In this document: positions 51,751 to 61,600 of the stretch, piece by piece | How positions within the stretch are numbered: the stretch's first letter is position 1 | How the letters are laid out: every line of letters starts with the position of its first letter | Assembly (NCBI GenBank): GCA_963705165.1 | Contig: CAVPJD010000009.1 | Location: forward strand, 1-64,000 | Source: an uncultured delta proteobacterium | GTDB taxonomy: Bacteria; Desulfobacterota; Syntrophia; Syntrophales; UBA2192 | Length of the DNA stretch: 64,000 nt | Reading direction: 5' to 3' | Notes under the pieces: model-generated | What the model saw: only the letters and a program-made list of their open reading frames with translations | Told to the model about the DNA's origin: nothing | Database searches by the model: none | Made by a program: the position numbers and the translations under genes

Positions 51751-53154
51751 ATGGAAGGACCCCGTCCGGCAGCCATCGCGGGGGCCGGGGGGAGAAACAC
51801 CCTCCATCCCCTGATCTGCGCAGCCATTGTTGCGACCGCGGCGGTGCTTGCCTATCTCAACTCCTTCCAGGGTGCTTTCCAGCTCGACGACTACAAGGTG
51901 GTCCTGTCGGACCCGGCGGTGCGGTCCTGGGCGGGCTGGTGGTCAGATCTGGGGCGGGGGATCCGTCCGCTGCTCAAGCTCAGCTATGCGCTCAACTGGG
52001 CGACGGGCCTGGGGCTCTTCGGCTTTCACCTGGCCAACCTGCTGATCCACCTGGGCAACAGCATCCTGGTCCTGCTGCTCGTGCGCAAACTGACGGGATC
52101 GTCGTCGCAGATGGGCTGTGTCGCCCTGTTTACGGTCCTCCTCTTTGCCCTTCACCCGATCCAGACGGAGGCGGTCACCTACGTCGCTGGCCGGTCGGCC
52201 TCTCTGATGGCCTTCTTCTACCTTGCAAGCCTTGCCGCCTACATCCACGGCCGCCTGGAAGGGGGCCCGCTTCTCACTTATGCTCTTTCCCCTGCCCTTT
52301 TCCTGCTGGCGCTCGCCGTCAAGGAAACGGCCGCCACCCTGCCGGCGGCCCTGCTGCTCTGGGAGATCACCCGGCAGGACCGACCGTTTGGCCTGCGGGA
52401 AGCCCTGGCATCCCAGGCGGCCCACCTGGGGGTCCTCGCTGCGGCCCTGGCGGCCTTCTTCGCAATACCGGGGCACCGGGTCCTCATCGACTACAGCTTC
52501 GCCCTGCGGGGCCTTTATGAAAACCTCCTGTCCCAGATCCACGGCCAGGTCACGCTGCTGACCCACTATGTGCTCCCCGGCAGACTCAATTTTGACCCTG
52601 ACCTGCCGACGCTGACCCGCTGGTCGTGGGGTCTTGCCCTCGAGGCCGGAATCCTTGGCTCCGCCCTCGCGGCGGGCCTGTGGAGCCTGAAGCGGCGGCC
52701 TCTGGTCTCGTTTGCCATTCTCTGGATGTTCCTGCACAGCATGGCCGTCTACGCCGCTGTTCCCCGGACGGACGTCCTCAACGAGCGCCATTTGTACCTT
52801 GGGGGATTCGGGCTTTTCCTGCTGGCAGGCCTGGGATTTTCATGGCTTGCGGATACGTGGCCGAAGCTCCGCCTGCCCGTGGCGGCGGCCGCCTGCGCCC
52901 TGATGATCGTCCTCGGCCTTTTCACGGCAGAGCGCAATGCCGTCTATCGAAGCGAGATTTGCCTCTGGGAGGACACGGCCGCCAAATCGCCCGGCAAGGC
53001 CCGGGTCTTCAACAACCTGGGCTATGCCTATTTCCTCGCCGGGCGCAACGAAGAGGCCCGGAAGGCCTGGCTCGAGACGCTCCGCATCGACCCGGCCCAC
53101 GAGCTTGCCCGCAACAACCTCACCCTCCTGGATGTGAAGGGGGATGTGTTGTAG
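51751..53154 (+). CDS. TMTC-like GT-C membrane glycosyltransferase with C-terminal TPR
   Basis: YLNSF...FQLDD, RPL, FHLANLLIH, LFALHP.QTEAVTY..GR, KE, ERHLY, LWEDT..KSP, NNLG. Confidence 0.85.
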   Translation: MEGPRPAAIAGAGGRNTLHPLICAAIVATAAVLAYLNSFQGAFQLDDYKVVLSDPAVRSWAGWWSDLGRGIRPLLKLSYALNWATGLGLFGFHLANLLIHLGNSILVLLLVRKLTGSSSQMGCVALFTVLLFALHPIQTEAVTYVAGRSASLMAFFYLASLAAYIHGRLEGGPLLTYALSPALFLLALAVKETAATLPAALLLWEITRQDRPFGLREALASQAAHLGVLAAALAAFFAIPGHRVLIDYSFALRGLYENLLSQIHGQVTLLTHYVLPGRLNFDPDLPTLTRWSWGLALEAGILGSALAAGLWSLKRRPLVSFAILWMFLHSMAVYAAVPRTDVLNERHLYLGGFGLFLLAGLGFSWLADTWPKLRLPVAAAACALMIVLGLFTAERNAVYRSEICLWEDTAAKSPGKARVFNNLGYAYFLAGRNEEARKAWLETLRIDPAHELARNNLTLLDVKGDVL

Positions 53155-53290
53155 TCGTGCGCTCTTCCGAAAAGGGAGATCCGGGGGCATGCACAATCTC
53201 TCTCGATAAATTTTTTAATCCGTCCTAAAATCATGCTGGCCCTTGTCAGCATGGACCGCCCGATGACCCTCTGCAGAAAAGGACGCCGAC

Positions 53291-54031
53291 ATGAATGCGG
53301 GGAGCGGGAACCCGTCAGGGGACACATTCCGAAAATGGATCTGGGTGGTGGTCTTTGCGGCGGCCTTCGCCTATGTCGAGAGCGCCGTTGTCGTCTACCT
53401 GCGCAAGATCTACTTCGACGGCTCTTTTGAATTCCCCATCGCGACGCTGTGGGAAAACGGGCGGCACATCCTGGAGCCGCTCATCCTCGTGGAGATGGGG
53501 CGCGAGGCCGCGACAATCGTCATGCTCGCCGCCGCGGGAATCCTCGCGGGGGCAAGCGGCCTGCAGCGGTTCTGCTTCTTCATGATCGCCTTCGGCATCT
53601 GGGACATCTTCTACTACGTCTGGCTGTGGGTCATCCTGCGCTGGCCCGAAAACCTCATGACGTGGGATCTGCTGTTCTACATTCCGCTGCCCTGGGTGGG
53701 GCCGGTGATCACGCCGGTTTTGATTTCCGTTACGATGATCGCGGCGGGCTCCATTCTCATCTGTCTTGCCGAGAAGGGTTACGCGATCCGCTGGCGCTGG
53801 TACGACTGGGTCATTGAACTGGGCTGCGGGTTTCTCCTCATTGTCGCCTTCTGCTGGGACTGGAAGAATATCCTCCGCGTGCCCGACGGCACGCCCTACA
53901 GCGGTATCCCCAATCCCTTCGCCTGGTGGCTTTTCCTGCCTGCTTATCTTTTCGCTCTGATCTATTTCGCAGCGCGGCTGCATGAGACGATTCGGGCCGG
54001 GTCGGGTGATGCGCCGTCGAAAATCCCTTGA
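53291..54031 (+). CDS. Conserved hypothetical membrane protein
   Basis: ESAVVVYLR, REAAT, WDIFYYVWL, WDLLF.IP.PW.GPV; several TM helices. Confidence 0.75.
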   Translation: MNAGSGNPSGDTFRKWIWVVVFAAAFAYVESAVVVYLRKIYFDGSFEFPIATLWENGRHILEPLILVEMGREAATIVMLAAAGILAGASGLQRFCFFMIAFGIWDIFYYVWLWVILRWPENLMTWDLLFYIPLPWVGPVITPVLISVTMIAAGSILICLAEKGYAIRWRWYDWVIELGCGFLLIVAFCWDWKNILRVPDGTPYSGIPNPFAWWLFLPAYLFALIYFAARLHETIRAGSGDAPSKIP

Positions 54032-54045
54032 CAGAAATGTCTGTC
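54028..54045 (+). promoter_or_regulatory. -35 element overlapped by a palindromic operator
   Basis: TTGACA at 54028; GACAGA-aatg-TCTGTC inverted repeat. Confidence 0.55.
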
Positions 54046-54118
54046 TGTAAGGAATAAGAGTGGGGTCTGTACGACGGAAGAAGGAAGGGAACGTCATTTT
54101 ATAAGGAGGGAGAGGGAA

Positions 54119-55042
54119 ATGAGGGAGAAGACGATCATCACCGCTGCCATCACCGGGAGCATCCACACGCCCACCATGTCGCCTTACCTGCCCATCACGC
54201 CGCAACAGATCGCCGATGAGGCCGTGGCGGCCGGCGAGGCCGGCGCGGCCGTCGTGCATGTCCACGGGCGAAACCCCGAGACGGGGCAGCCCTCGTCGGA
54301 TCTGGAGATCATGCGGGAGATCGTCCGCAAGGTGAAGGCCCGCTCGAATGCGGTGATCTGCATTACGACAGGCGGCGGCCTCGGCATGACGGTGGAGCAG
54401 CGCGTGGCCCCCATAACCCTCTACCGGCCGGAGATGGCATCGCTGAACGGCGGCTCCATGAACTTCGCCCTCTTCCAGGCGCTGGACAAATTCAAGGAAT
54501 TCAAGCACGATTGGGAACCCCAGCACCTCGCCATGACGGAAGATTTGATCTTTCCGAACACCTTCAAGTCCATGCGCGAGTTCAGCCGCATCTTCACCCT
54601 CAACGAGACAAAACCCGAGTTCGAGATCTACGACGCCGGCATGGTGAACAACCTGGCCGTCATGATCGGCCGCGGGCACATCAAGCGGCCCGTCTACCTG
54701 CAGTTCGTCATGGGGGTCCTCGGCGGGATCACGCCGAGCCCTGAAAACCTCATGTTCCTCCTCGATTACGCAAAGAAGCTCATCGGCGAGTTCGAGTTCT
54801 CCGTCTGTGTCGCAGGAAGGGCCCAGTTTGCCCTCTGCACCCAGTCGGTCCTGCTGGGCGGCCACTGCCGCGTGGGCCTCGAAGACAATCTCTTCCTGGA
54901 GAAAGGGCAGCTCGCGAAGAGCAACGCCGAGCAGGTGGCCAAGATGGCCCGGATCATCCGCGAGCTGGGCAGCGAGCCGGCTACCCCCGACGAGGCAAGG
55001 CAGATCCTGGGGCTCAAGGGTCTGAACCGGGTGAACTTCTGA
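54119..55042 (+). CDS. 3-keto-5-aminohexanoate cleavage (BKACE/DUF849) family enzyme
   Basis: IITAAITG, LPITP, AGAAVVHVH.R, TTGG, PEFEIYD, RVGLED. Confidence 0.93.
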   Translation: MREKTIITAAITGSIHTPTMSPYLPITPQQIADEAVAAGEAGAAVVHVHGRNPETGQPSSDLEIMREIVRKVKARSNAVICITTGGGLGMTVEQRVAPITLYRPEMASLNGGSMNFALFQALDKFKEFKHDWEPQHLAMTEDLIFPNTFKSMREFSRIFTLNETKPEFEIYDAGMVNNLAVMIGRGHIKRPVYLQFVMGVLGGITPSPENLMFLLDYAKKLIGEFEFSVCVAGRAQFALCTQSVLLGGHCRVGLEDNLFLEKGQLAKSNAEQVAKMARIIRELGSEPATPDEARQILGLKGLNRVNF

Positions 55043-55178
55043 TCGTCCCGCGCGAAAGCGCGTAAGTCCTTCAGTGATTGGGTGAATTCGCGTTTCCTGT
55101 TTCATCTGTTGCATTTTTATGATATAGGGCTGTTGGGTTTGGAGGGGAGCCCAAACTATCCAGAAAGGAGAAAGTGCC

Positions 55179-55754
55179 ATGCCCGAAGATCCCGATATCC
55201 GATTGATGGACACGGAGGCGGAAGAGGTCTATTCACCGGACCGAAAGCGGACGGGGACGGACAAGAAGAAACTAGGCATTTTCGCCGCCGTTGGAGTCGT
55301 GGTGCTTGCCGTCATCGGGGGCATCTACATGATGCTGGGTGGCGGCGGGGTCTCCAAGGACGAGGTCCGGCTCATGCAGACGAAGATCGGCTCGCTGGAG
55401 CAGAAGATCACGGCCCTGGAGAAACAGCAGGGGGCGCTGCAGGCAAGGCTCCCCGCCGAGGGCGCCGAAGCAGCCCTGACAGGGAAGGTCGACACGCTCG
55501 CACAGCGCGTCGAGGCCCTGGAAAAGAAGCCCGCCGCCGTGGTCGCGGAAAAACCGAAGGCCGCCCAGAAGGAAAAAGCCGCGGCATCCTCGGGAGCACC
55601 CTCGGGCAAGAAGATCCACACGGTCCAGAAGGGCGAGACGATCTACGGGATCAGCAAGAAATTCGGGATCAAGCCGGACGATCTGCGCAAGCTCAACAAT
55701 CTCGGCGCGGAGGACACGGTGAAGCCCGGCCAGAAACTCGTCGTCTCCAAGTAG
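55179..55754 (+). CDS. Membrane-anchored coiled-coil LysM protein
   Basis: TM helix; HTVQKGETIYGISKKFG....L.KLN...VKPGQKL. Confidence 0.9.
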   Translation: MPEDPDIRLMDTEAEEVYSPDRKRTGTDKKKLGIFAAVGVVVLAVIGGIYMMLGGGGVSKDEVRLMQTKIGSLEQKITALEKQQGALQARLPAEGAEAALTGKVDTLAQRVEALEKKPAAVVAEKPKAAQKEKAAASSGAPSGKKIHTVQKGETIYGISKKFGIKPDDLRKLNNLGAEDTVKPGQKLVVSK

Positions 55755-55811
55755 AAACTGATTTAAAGGAATGCAGTTTATATCTGCATTTTATTGAACG
55801 CCCTCTCCAAC

Positions 55812-55840
55812 TGTCATTCCGGATCAAGTCCGGAATGACA
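55812..55840. repeat. REP-like palindrome
   Basis: tgtcattccgga-tcaag-tccggaatgaca; ends resemble those of the element at 325-381. Confidence 0.65.
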
Positions 55841-55850
55841 AATGAGAGAA

Positions 55851-55885
55851 CAGAAAAGCCCGGCCGCATCGGCCGGGCTTTTCTG
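55851..55885. terminator. Bidirectional terminator
   Basis: cagaaaagcccggccg-cat-cggccgggcttttctg. Confidence 0.85.
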
Positions 55886-55915
55886 TCTGGCATCCCGTTG
55901 CATTACGGGTGCCGC

Positions 55916-56713
55916 TTATTTCATCGGTTGCGGGGCCGCTTTCCCCCCTTCCAGCATCTGCAAGACCTTGTTCACCGGGACGGCAAAGCCGATGTTCTGC
56001 GCGCCCAGCACCACCGCCAGGTTGATGCCCACCAGCTCGCCATCCATGTTCAAAAGCGCCCCGCCACTGTTACCGGGGTTGATGGAGGCATCCGTCTGCA
56101 ACAGCCCCGAGCATGCATAGTCGCACTCCTGATTCTTGAAGGCCCGGTCGATGCCGCTGATGACGCCCGTGGTGACGGAATTCTCGAGCCCCAGGGGATT
56201 GCCGATGGCGACGACGCTCTCGCCGATCATGAGGGTCTTCACGTCGGCAAACCGGACGGCCCTGAGGTCGCGAACCGGCTCAATCCGGATCAGGGCGAGG
56301 TCATCGAGGGTGTTGACCTTGACGACCTTCGCCTCCGCCACGGTGCCGTCGCGAAGCACGGCGTAGATGGTGCTCGCCCGGTGCACGACGTGGGCATTGG
56401 TGACGATGAGGCCGCCCTTGTCGACGATGACGCCGGATCCCAGGCTCTTGAGCTTCACCGTCCCCTCGGAGTAGTCCTCGCCGAAGTACTGTTTGAAGAA
56501 GCGGTCAAGCCGCTCGCCGTACTGGCCCCAGGCGGGGTGCTCCTTGAGATCGACGAGGCTCTCCGTACGGATGTTCACGACGGAGGCGGCGTTGTCCCGG
56601 ACAACCTGGACGACGGGCGTTTCACGGGGGCTTTTCACGGGCGCGGCACAACCGGCCATGGCAAGGAGAAGGCATGCGAGCATGCCCCGCACGAAAACGC
56701 TTTTCCGGTTCAT
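55916..56713 (-). CDS. HtrA/DegP-like trypsin serine protease lipoprotein without PDZ
   Basis: Lipobox MAGC; GSGVI, TNAHVV, DLAL, QTDASINPGNSGG. Confidence 0.92.
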   Translation of the reverse strand: MNRKSVFVRGMLACLLLAMAGCAAPVKSPRETPVVQVVRDNAASVVNIRTESLVDLKEHPAWGQYGERLDRFFKQYFGEDYSEGTVKLKSLGSGVIVDKGGLIVTNAHVVHRASTIYAVLRDGTVAEAKVVKVNTLDDLALIRIEPVRDLRAVRFADVKTLMIGESVVAIGNPLGLENSVTTGVISGIDRAFKNQECDYACSGLLQTDASINPGNSGGALLNMDGELVGINLAVVLGAQNIGFAVPVNKVLQMLEGGKAAPQPMK

Positions 56714-56826
56714 GGCCTGTCATGCCCCCTTGCAGAGATTTGTCGCAACTATAAGCCATTTCACGGGTGAACTCAAGCTCGGGTCCCAAAGCGGCGCAGC
56801 AGTGAAAAGGCACGGATAAAAAGTTC

Positions 56827-56855
56827 TTGACCTTATGACCCGACTCCTCTATAAA
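56827..56855 (+). promoter_or_regulatory. Sigma-70 promoter for the riboswitch leader
   Basis: TTGACC-17 nt-TATAAA. Confidence 0.65.
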
Positions 56856-56867
56856 GCACCTGCTTCT

Positions 56868-56954
56868 GAAGGGGAGTAGCTAGAGAGGCAAGGTCAACAT
56901 GCTGGCGGAGACGCCTGGCCTTGCCGTTGGTGAAAGCCAATTAGCGAGACCTTC
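56868..56954 (+). ncRNA. yybP-ykoY (Mn2+) riboswitch aptamer
   Basis: GAAGGGGAGTAGC ... GGTCAACATGC ... TGGCC ... GCGAGACCTTC; upstream of a UPF0016 gene. Confidence 0.92.
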
Positions 56955-56992
56955 GGTGTGACGAACTGTCATACCGGGTCTCGTTTTTTTTT
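56945..56992 (+). terminator. Riboswitch expression-platform terminator
   Basis: cgagacc...cggtgtgac-gaact-gtcataccg-ggtctcg followed by T9; overlaps the aptamer 3' strand. Confidence 0.85.
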
Positions 56993-57012
56993 GCCCGCGA
57001 AAGGAAAACGAC

Positions 57013-57702
57013 ATGACTGCTTTTCTCGCCTCCCTCGGCTTCGTGGTACTCGCCGAGATGGGGGACAAGACCCAGCTGCTGGCCATGGCCTTCGCCACAC
57101 GATACAAGGCCTCGACAGTCATGTGGGGTGTTTTTGCCGCCACTGTCCTCAACCACTTTCTGGCGGTGCTGGCAGGCAATTACCTGACAAACCTCGTGCC
57201 CATCCACTATGTCCAGATCGCCGCAGCGGCATCGTTCATCCTCTTCGGTCTATGGACGATCCGGGGCGACGAGCTCGCGGGGGAGGACAAGCGGTTCCAC
57301 TTCAGTCCATTCTGGACCGTCGCCATTGCCTTTTTCATCGCCGAGATGGGTGACAAGACACAGCTTGCCACGGTGGCCCTGGCCGCGAAATACCAGTCGG
57401 TGCTGCCCGTGCTGGTGGGCACCACGGCGGGGATGCTGATCGCCGATGCCATCGGCATCGGAATCGGCATCGTGATGGGGAAAAAAATCCCCGAGAGGAC
57501 CGTCAAGTGGATTGCGGCGCTTATCTTCATCGGCTTCGGGCTCTGGGGCCTCTACGAGTACCTGCCGGAAGATGTTCTCAACGTGCCGGGTGCCGTTTCA
57601 GGGATCGCAGCGATTGCACTGGCCGCTTACTGGCTCGGCAGGAAAGACATCCGGAGGCTGACGGGGCAGGAGCAAGCTGTGGATGCTGAAATCCGGAAAT
57701 AG
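57013..57702 (+). CDS. UPF0016 (TMEM165/GDT1) putative Mn2+ exporter
   Basis: Two AEMGDKTQL motifs; preceded by a Mn riboswitch. Confidence 0.93.
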   Translation: MTAFLASLGFVVLAEMGDKTQLLAMAFATRYKASTVMWGVFAATVLNHFLAVLAGNYLTNLVPIHYVQIAAAASFILFGLWTIRGDELAGEDKRFHFSPFWTVAIAFFIAEMGDKTQLATVALAAKYQSVLPVLVGTTAGMLIADAIGIGIGIVMGKKIPERTVKWIAALIFIGFGLWGLYEYLPEDVLNVPGAVSGIAAIALAAYWLGRKDIRRLTGQEQAVDAEIRK

Positions 57703-57725
57703 AAGCAAGCAGAAAGGAGGGGGAA

Positions 57726-58103
57726 TTAAGGATCCGGATGGCCGCAGGCGCGGCGGATCGCCGCGGAAAGTTCAGCGAAGTCGGAGCCCTTGAGGACGTA
57801 CCCGGTGGCGCCGGCCGCCAGGACACTCTGCACCAGCGGAGCGCTGGAATACATGGACAGCATGATCACCTTGACCTTCGGGCTGTCTTTGATCACATGC
57901 CGCATCGCTTCGATCCCGTTCATCCCCGGCATGCTGATATCCATGACCACCACATCGGGGGCAAGACTGCGGGCCATTTCGATGGCCTCCTTGCCGTCGA
58001 CGGCCTCGCCCACGACCTCCATGCCCGGTTCTGCATTGATCAGCCCCCGAAGGCCGTCCCGGAACATCTTGTGATCGTCAACGATCATCACCCTGGTATT
58101 CAT
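57726..58103 (-). CDS. NarL-type receiver-only response regulator
   Basis: IVDDH, DVVVMDISMP, LSM, GYVLK; no HTH. Confidence 0.85.
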   Translation of the reverse strand: MNTRVMIVDDHKMFRDGLRGLINAEPGMEVVGEAVDGKEAIEMARSLAPDVVVMDISMPGMNGIEAMRHVIKDSPKVKVIMLSMYSSAPLVQSVLAAGATGYVLKGSDFAELSAAIRRACGHPDP

Positions 58104-58640
58104 GCAATTCCTTCCAGAGGGATTCTGAACCCCTCGGCCCGGCCCGACTGCCATTTCATTCATGGTATCCTGATTATCGCATCACGAGGCAGAAAGATAT
58201 CAGGGAATCCCTTAACTTGAGTAAGAATTTTGCGCAAATCTTCTCATCCATCCTGAAGCCGGGTCGAAACCCGTTTGATTTCATTACACTTTCAGACTCA
58301 AGAGATCTTAAAACAGGACAGCTCCGGTGCGCGCTAACCGACGGAAAAGAGAAGAAAGCGGCGGGAGGTCCAGACGGATCCGATCGTCTAAGGGATTTCC
58401 TGAGAAGGATATCAGCGAATAACTTATTCCCCTGCTCAGCAAAATATAATAAGAACCTTCGAAGGATCTGCCGCGGCAAAGGATTTGGTGCCCCCATGGA
58501 TATCTTTATCCTTTGAACCCTTGCAGGAATCCTCGAGCCGGGCAGGAGGGACTCGCGTCATGCAACGGGTCATGGGGAAGATGACATGAGCGGATCCTGA
58601 ACCGCATCATGAACAGCCCGTTCCGGGGAGTGATCGTCTT

Positions 58641-61600
58641 ATGCAACATCCAGCAGAAAGATCCGAAAAGAAAGGGTTCTTGTCCGACCTGTTCAGCAGG
58701 CCCGAATCCCTGCCTTTGCTCCTGTTCATCCTGTTCTTCGCCATTCTCTACGGGGCCGGTCCCGACCTGCGGTCCGCGAAATTTATTTTTGACCCCCCCT
58801 GGCTGCTCATTGTTCTGAATACCCTTTTCGTTATGGGCCTGTGCCTTCTGATCGCCGGGCTGTGTTTCAGGAGTTTTCTGCGCGGAGGGTTTTTGAACGT
58901 CCTGCTGCTGGGCTGCGGCGTGCTCGCCTTCGGGTTGACCTCCTTTGCAGCCGGATGGCTGATCCGCCCCCCCCATGGCCTGAACGAAGCGTTGACGATC
59001 CGCAATATCGGCGTTCTCTGCGCGGCCGCATTTTTCTTCCTGAGTTCCCTGTTCACCGCATTTGGACTCTCGATGGAGATCGAACATCGCAGGGGCCTGG
59101 CCGCGGTGATGGCCTTCTCCGGGGTTTTCACCATGGGGGCTCTCCTGACGGCCGCGACCCTGCTGCACTTCATCCCGCCTTTCTTTATCGCCGGTGAAGG
59201 CCCCACGATCATCCGCCAGGTCGCTCTCGCTGTCTCCGTCACGCTCTTTACCCTGTCCGCCATCCTGATGATGATGGTTTACTCGGAGAGAAAAACCGTT
59301 TTTCTCCTTTACTCCATCAACGCGCTGCTGCTGTTCGGCGCGGGGATTGTCGGGGTTAGCCTCGGGGTGCCCGGAAGCCCCCTGAGCTGGCTGGGAAGAG
59401 CCGCACAGTACATGGGCAATGTATATCTGGTGGTCGCCTCGATGCAGGCCCTCGCAGAAGCCCGAAGAAGAGGGACCTCCGTCGAGAAGGCCCTGGCCGG
59501 CTTCTTCAGAAAGTCCGAAAGGCACTACAAAGCCCTTGTCGAGATGGCTGCCGATGCCATCGTCTCCATCGACCGCGAGGGAAAGATCCTCCTGATGAAC
59601 CCGGTCGCGGAGGAAACATTCGGGTATGGCCGGGATGAGGCCGCCGGCCTAAGCCTGGCGGAGCTGATTGTTCCCGAGCAGTCCCGGGAGTTCTTTCACG
59701 CATGCATGTACGGTGAGCCCTGCAGGAACATGGGGATGGATTTGAAGAGAAAGGACGGTTCGATCTTTCCCGCCGAATTGTCCTTCTCTCCGGAGATGAA
59801 ATCCGAAGGGGGCTCCGAGAGGACGATCATCATCCGTGACGTCACCGAGCGCAGGCTTGCCGAGGAAGCCATCCAGAGCGCGGCCCTGTTCCCGATCCAG
59901 AATCCCGAGCCAATCCTGCGGATTCACCGCGACGGGACCCTGCTCTTCTCGAATCCCGCTGCAGAGCCGGTCCTGAAAGAATGGCGGGCCGCAAGCAAGA
60001 CGGGATTTCCGGCGCAGGTTCGACAGGCCGTCGAGGCCGCATTGAACGAAGGCATCGCACGGGATATCGAGGTTCAAATTGACGGCCGGGATTTCTCGTT
60101 CGTCGTAACGCCCATCGTGAAGAACCATTATGCGAATCTCTACGGTCGGGATGTGACCGAGAGCAAGCGGGCGGAAGAGGCCCTCAGGAAGAGCGAGGCA
60201 AGGCTTCGCCTGGCCCATGACGCCGGAAAAGCCGGTACCTGGGAATGGGACTTGCGGACCCATGAAAACATCTGGTCCGAGGAATTGTGGAAACTGTATG
60301 GCTTGGATCCTCACGGCAGCGAGCCCGCCTACGAGACGTGGCGGCAAACGATCCATCCCGATGACCGGGCAAAGGCCGAACAGATTGTGCAGGACGCGGC
60401 AACCCATGGGGCAGAGCTGAATGCGGAGTGGCGGGTGAGAGACCGAGACGGTTCGATCCGCTGGCTGATGTCCCGAGGACAGCCGCAGGTTGATGTCGAA
60501 GGACGGCCGATGCGCTACATCGGGATCGTCGTAGACATCACCGCGCGCAAGAGGACCGAGGAGGCCCTGCGCGGGAGTGAAGCGAGGTATCGCTCGTATA
60601 TTGAAGTCACGGGCCAGATGGGCTGGACGACCAATGCCGACGGCGAGATCGTGGAAGACATACCTGGATGGCGAGCATATACTGGCCAGACCTTCGACGA
60701 AATGCGCGGTTGGGGGTGGTCAAAGGCGCTTCATCCCGACGACGTCGAGATCACCCTGGCCGTCTGGCGAAAAGCCGTCGAAGATAAACAGGGCTACGAA
60801 ACCGAATACCGCCTGCGCCGGCACGACGGTGTCTACCGGCATTTCCTGGCCCGCGGAGTGCCGATCCTGAATGATGACGGCAACTTACGGGAATGGGTGG
60901 GCACCTGCATTGACATCACGGAGCGCAACCAGGCCGAGGCGGCTCTTCGGCAAAACGAGGCGCGTTTCCGGCAGCTGGCCGACTCCATGCCGCAGCTGGT
61001 CTGGACGGCTGAGCCCGACGGCAGGGTGGACTACTACAACGGCCGGCTCTCTTCATTTACGACCCGTGGGCCGTGGAGGCCTGCCGTTTACGCCGAGGAC
61101 CGTCCGCGGACCGCCGAGGCATGGAAGAGTGCTGTCCGGACCGGGTCGCCCTACGAGATCGAGCACCGCATGCAGCTCGCCGACGGCCGGTTTCGCTGGT
61201 TCCTGACTCGCGCCGTCCCCGTGCCCGATGAGACAGGGCAAGTGGTGAAGTGGTACGGCACATCGACGGACGTGCACGACCGCAAGCAAGCCGAAGAGGA
61301 GCGGGAATTCGCGCGTATCGAGGCCATTAACGAGAATAACCGCCTCGAAGCCCTCATCAAAACCCTGCCCGTAGGTGTGGCGATGGTCGACACCGAAGGC
61401 GGAAACATCCGGTCCAACCGCATGTACGATCAGCTCTGGGGCGGGCCACGCCCCGAGGCACGGTCGGTAAACGACTATGACAAATACAAGGCGTGGTGGC
61501 TCGATTCGGGCCTGGCCGTCCAGCCCGACGAATGGGCCTCTGCCCGGGCCGTGCAGAAGGGGGAAACCGTCACCGGCCAGCTGCTGCAGATCGAGCGGTT

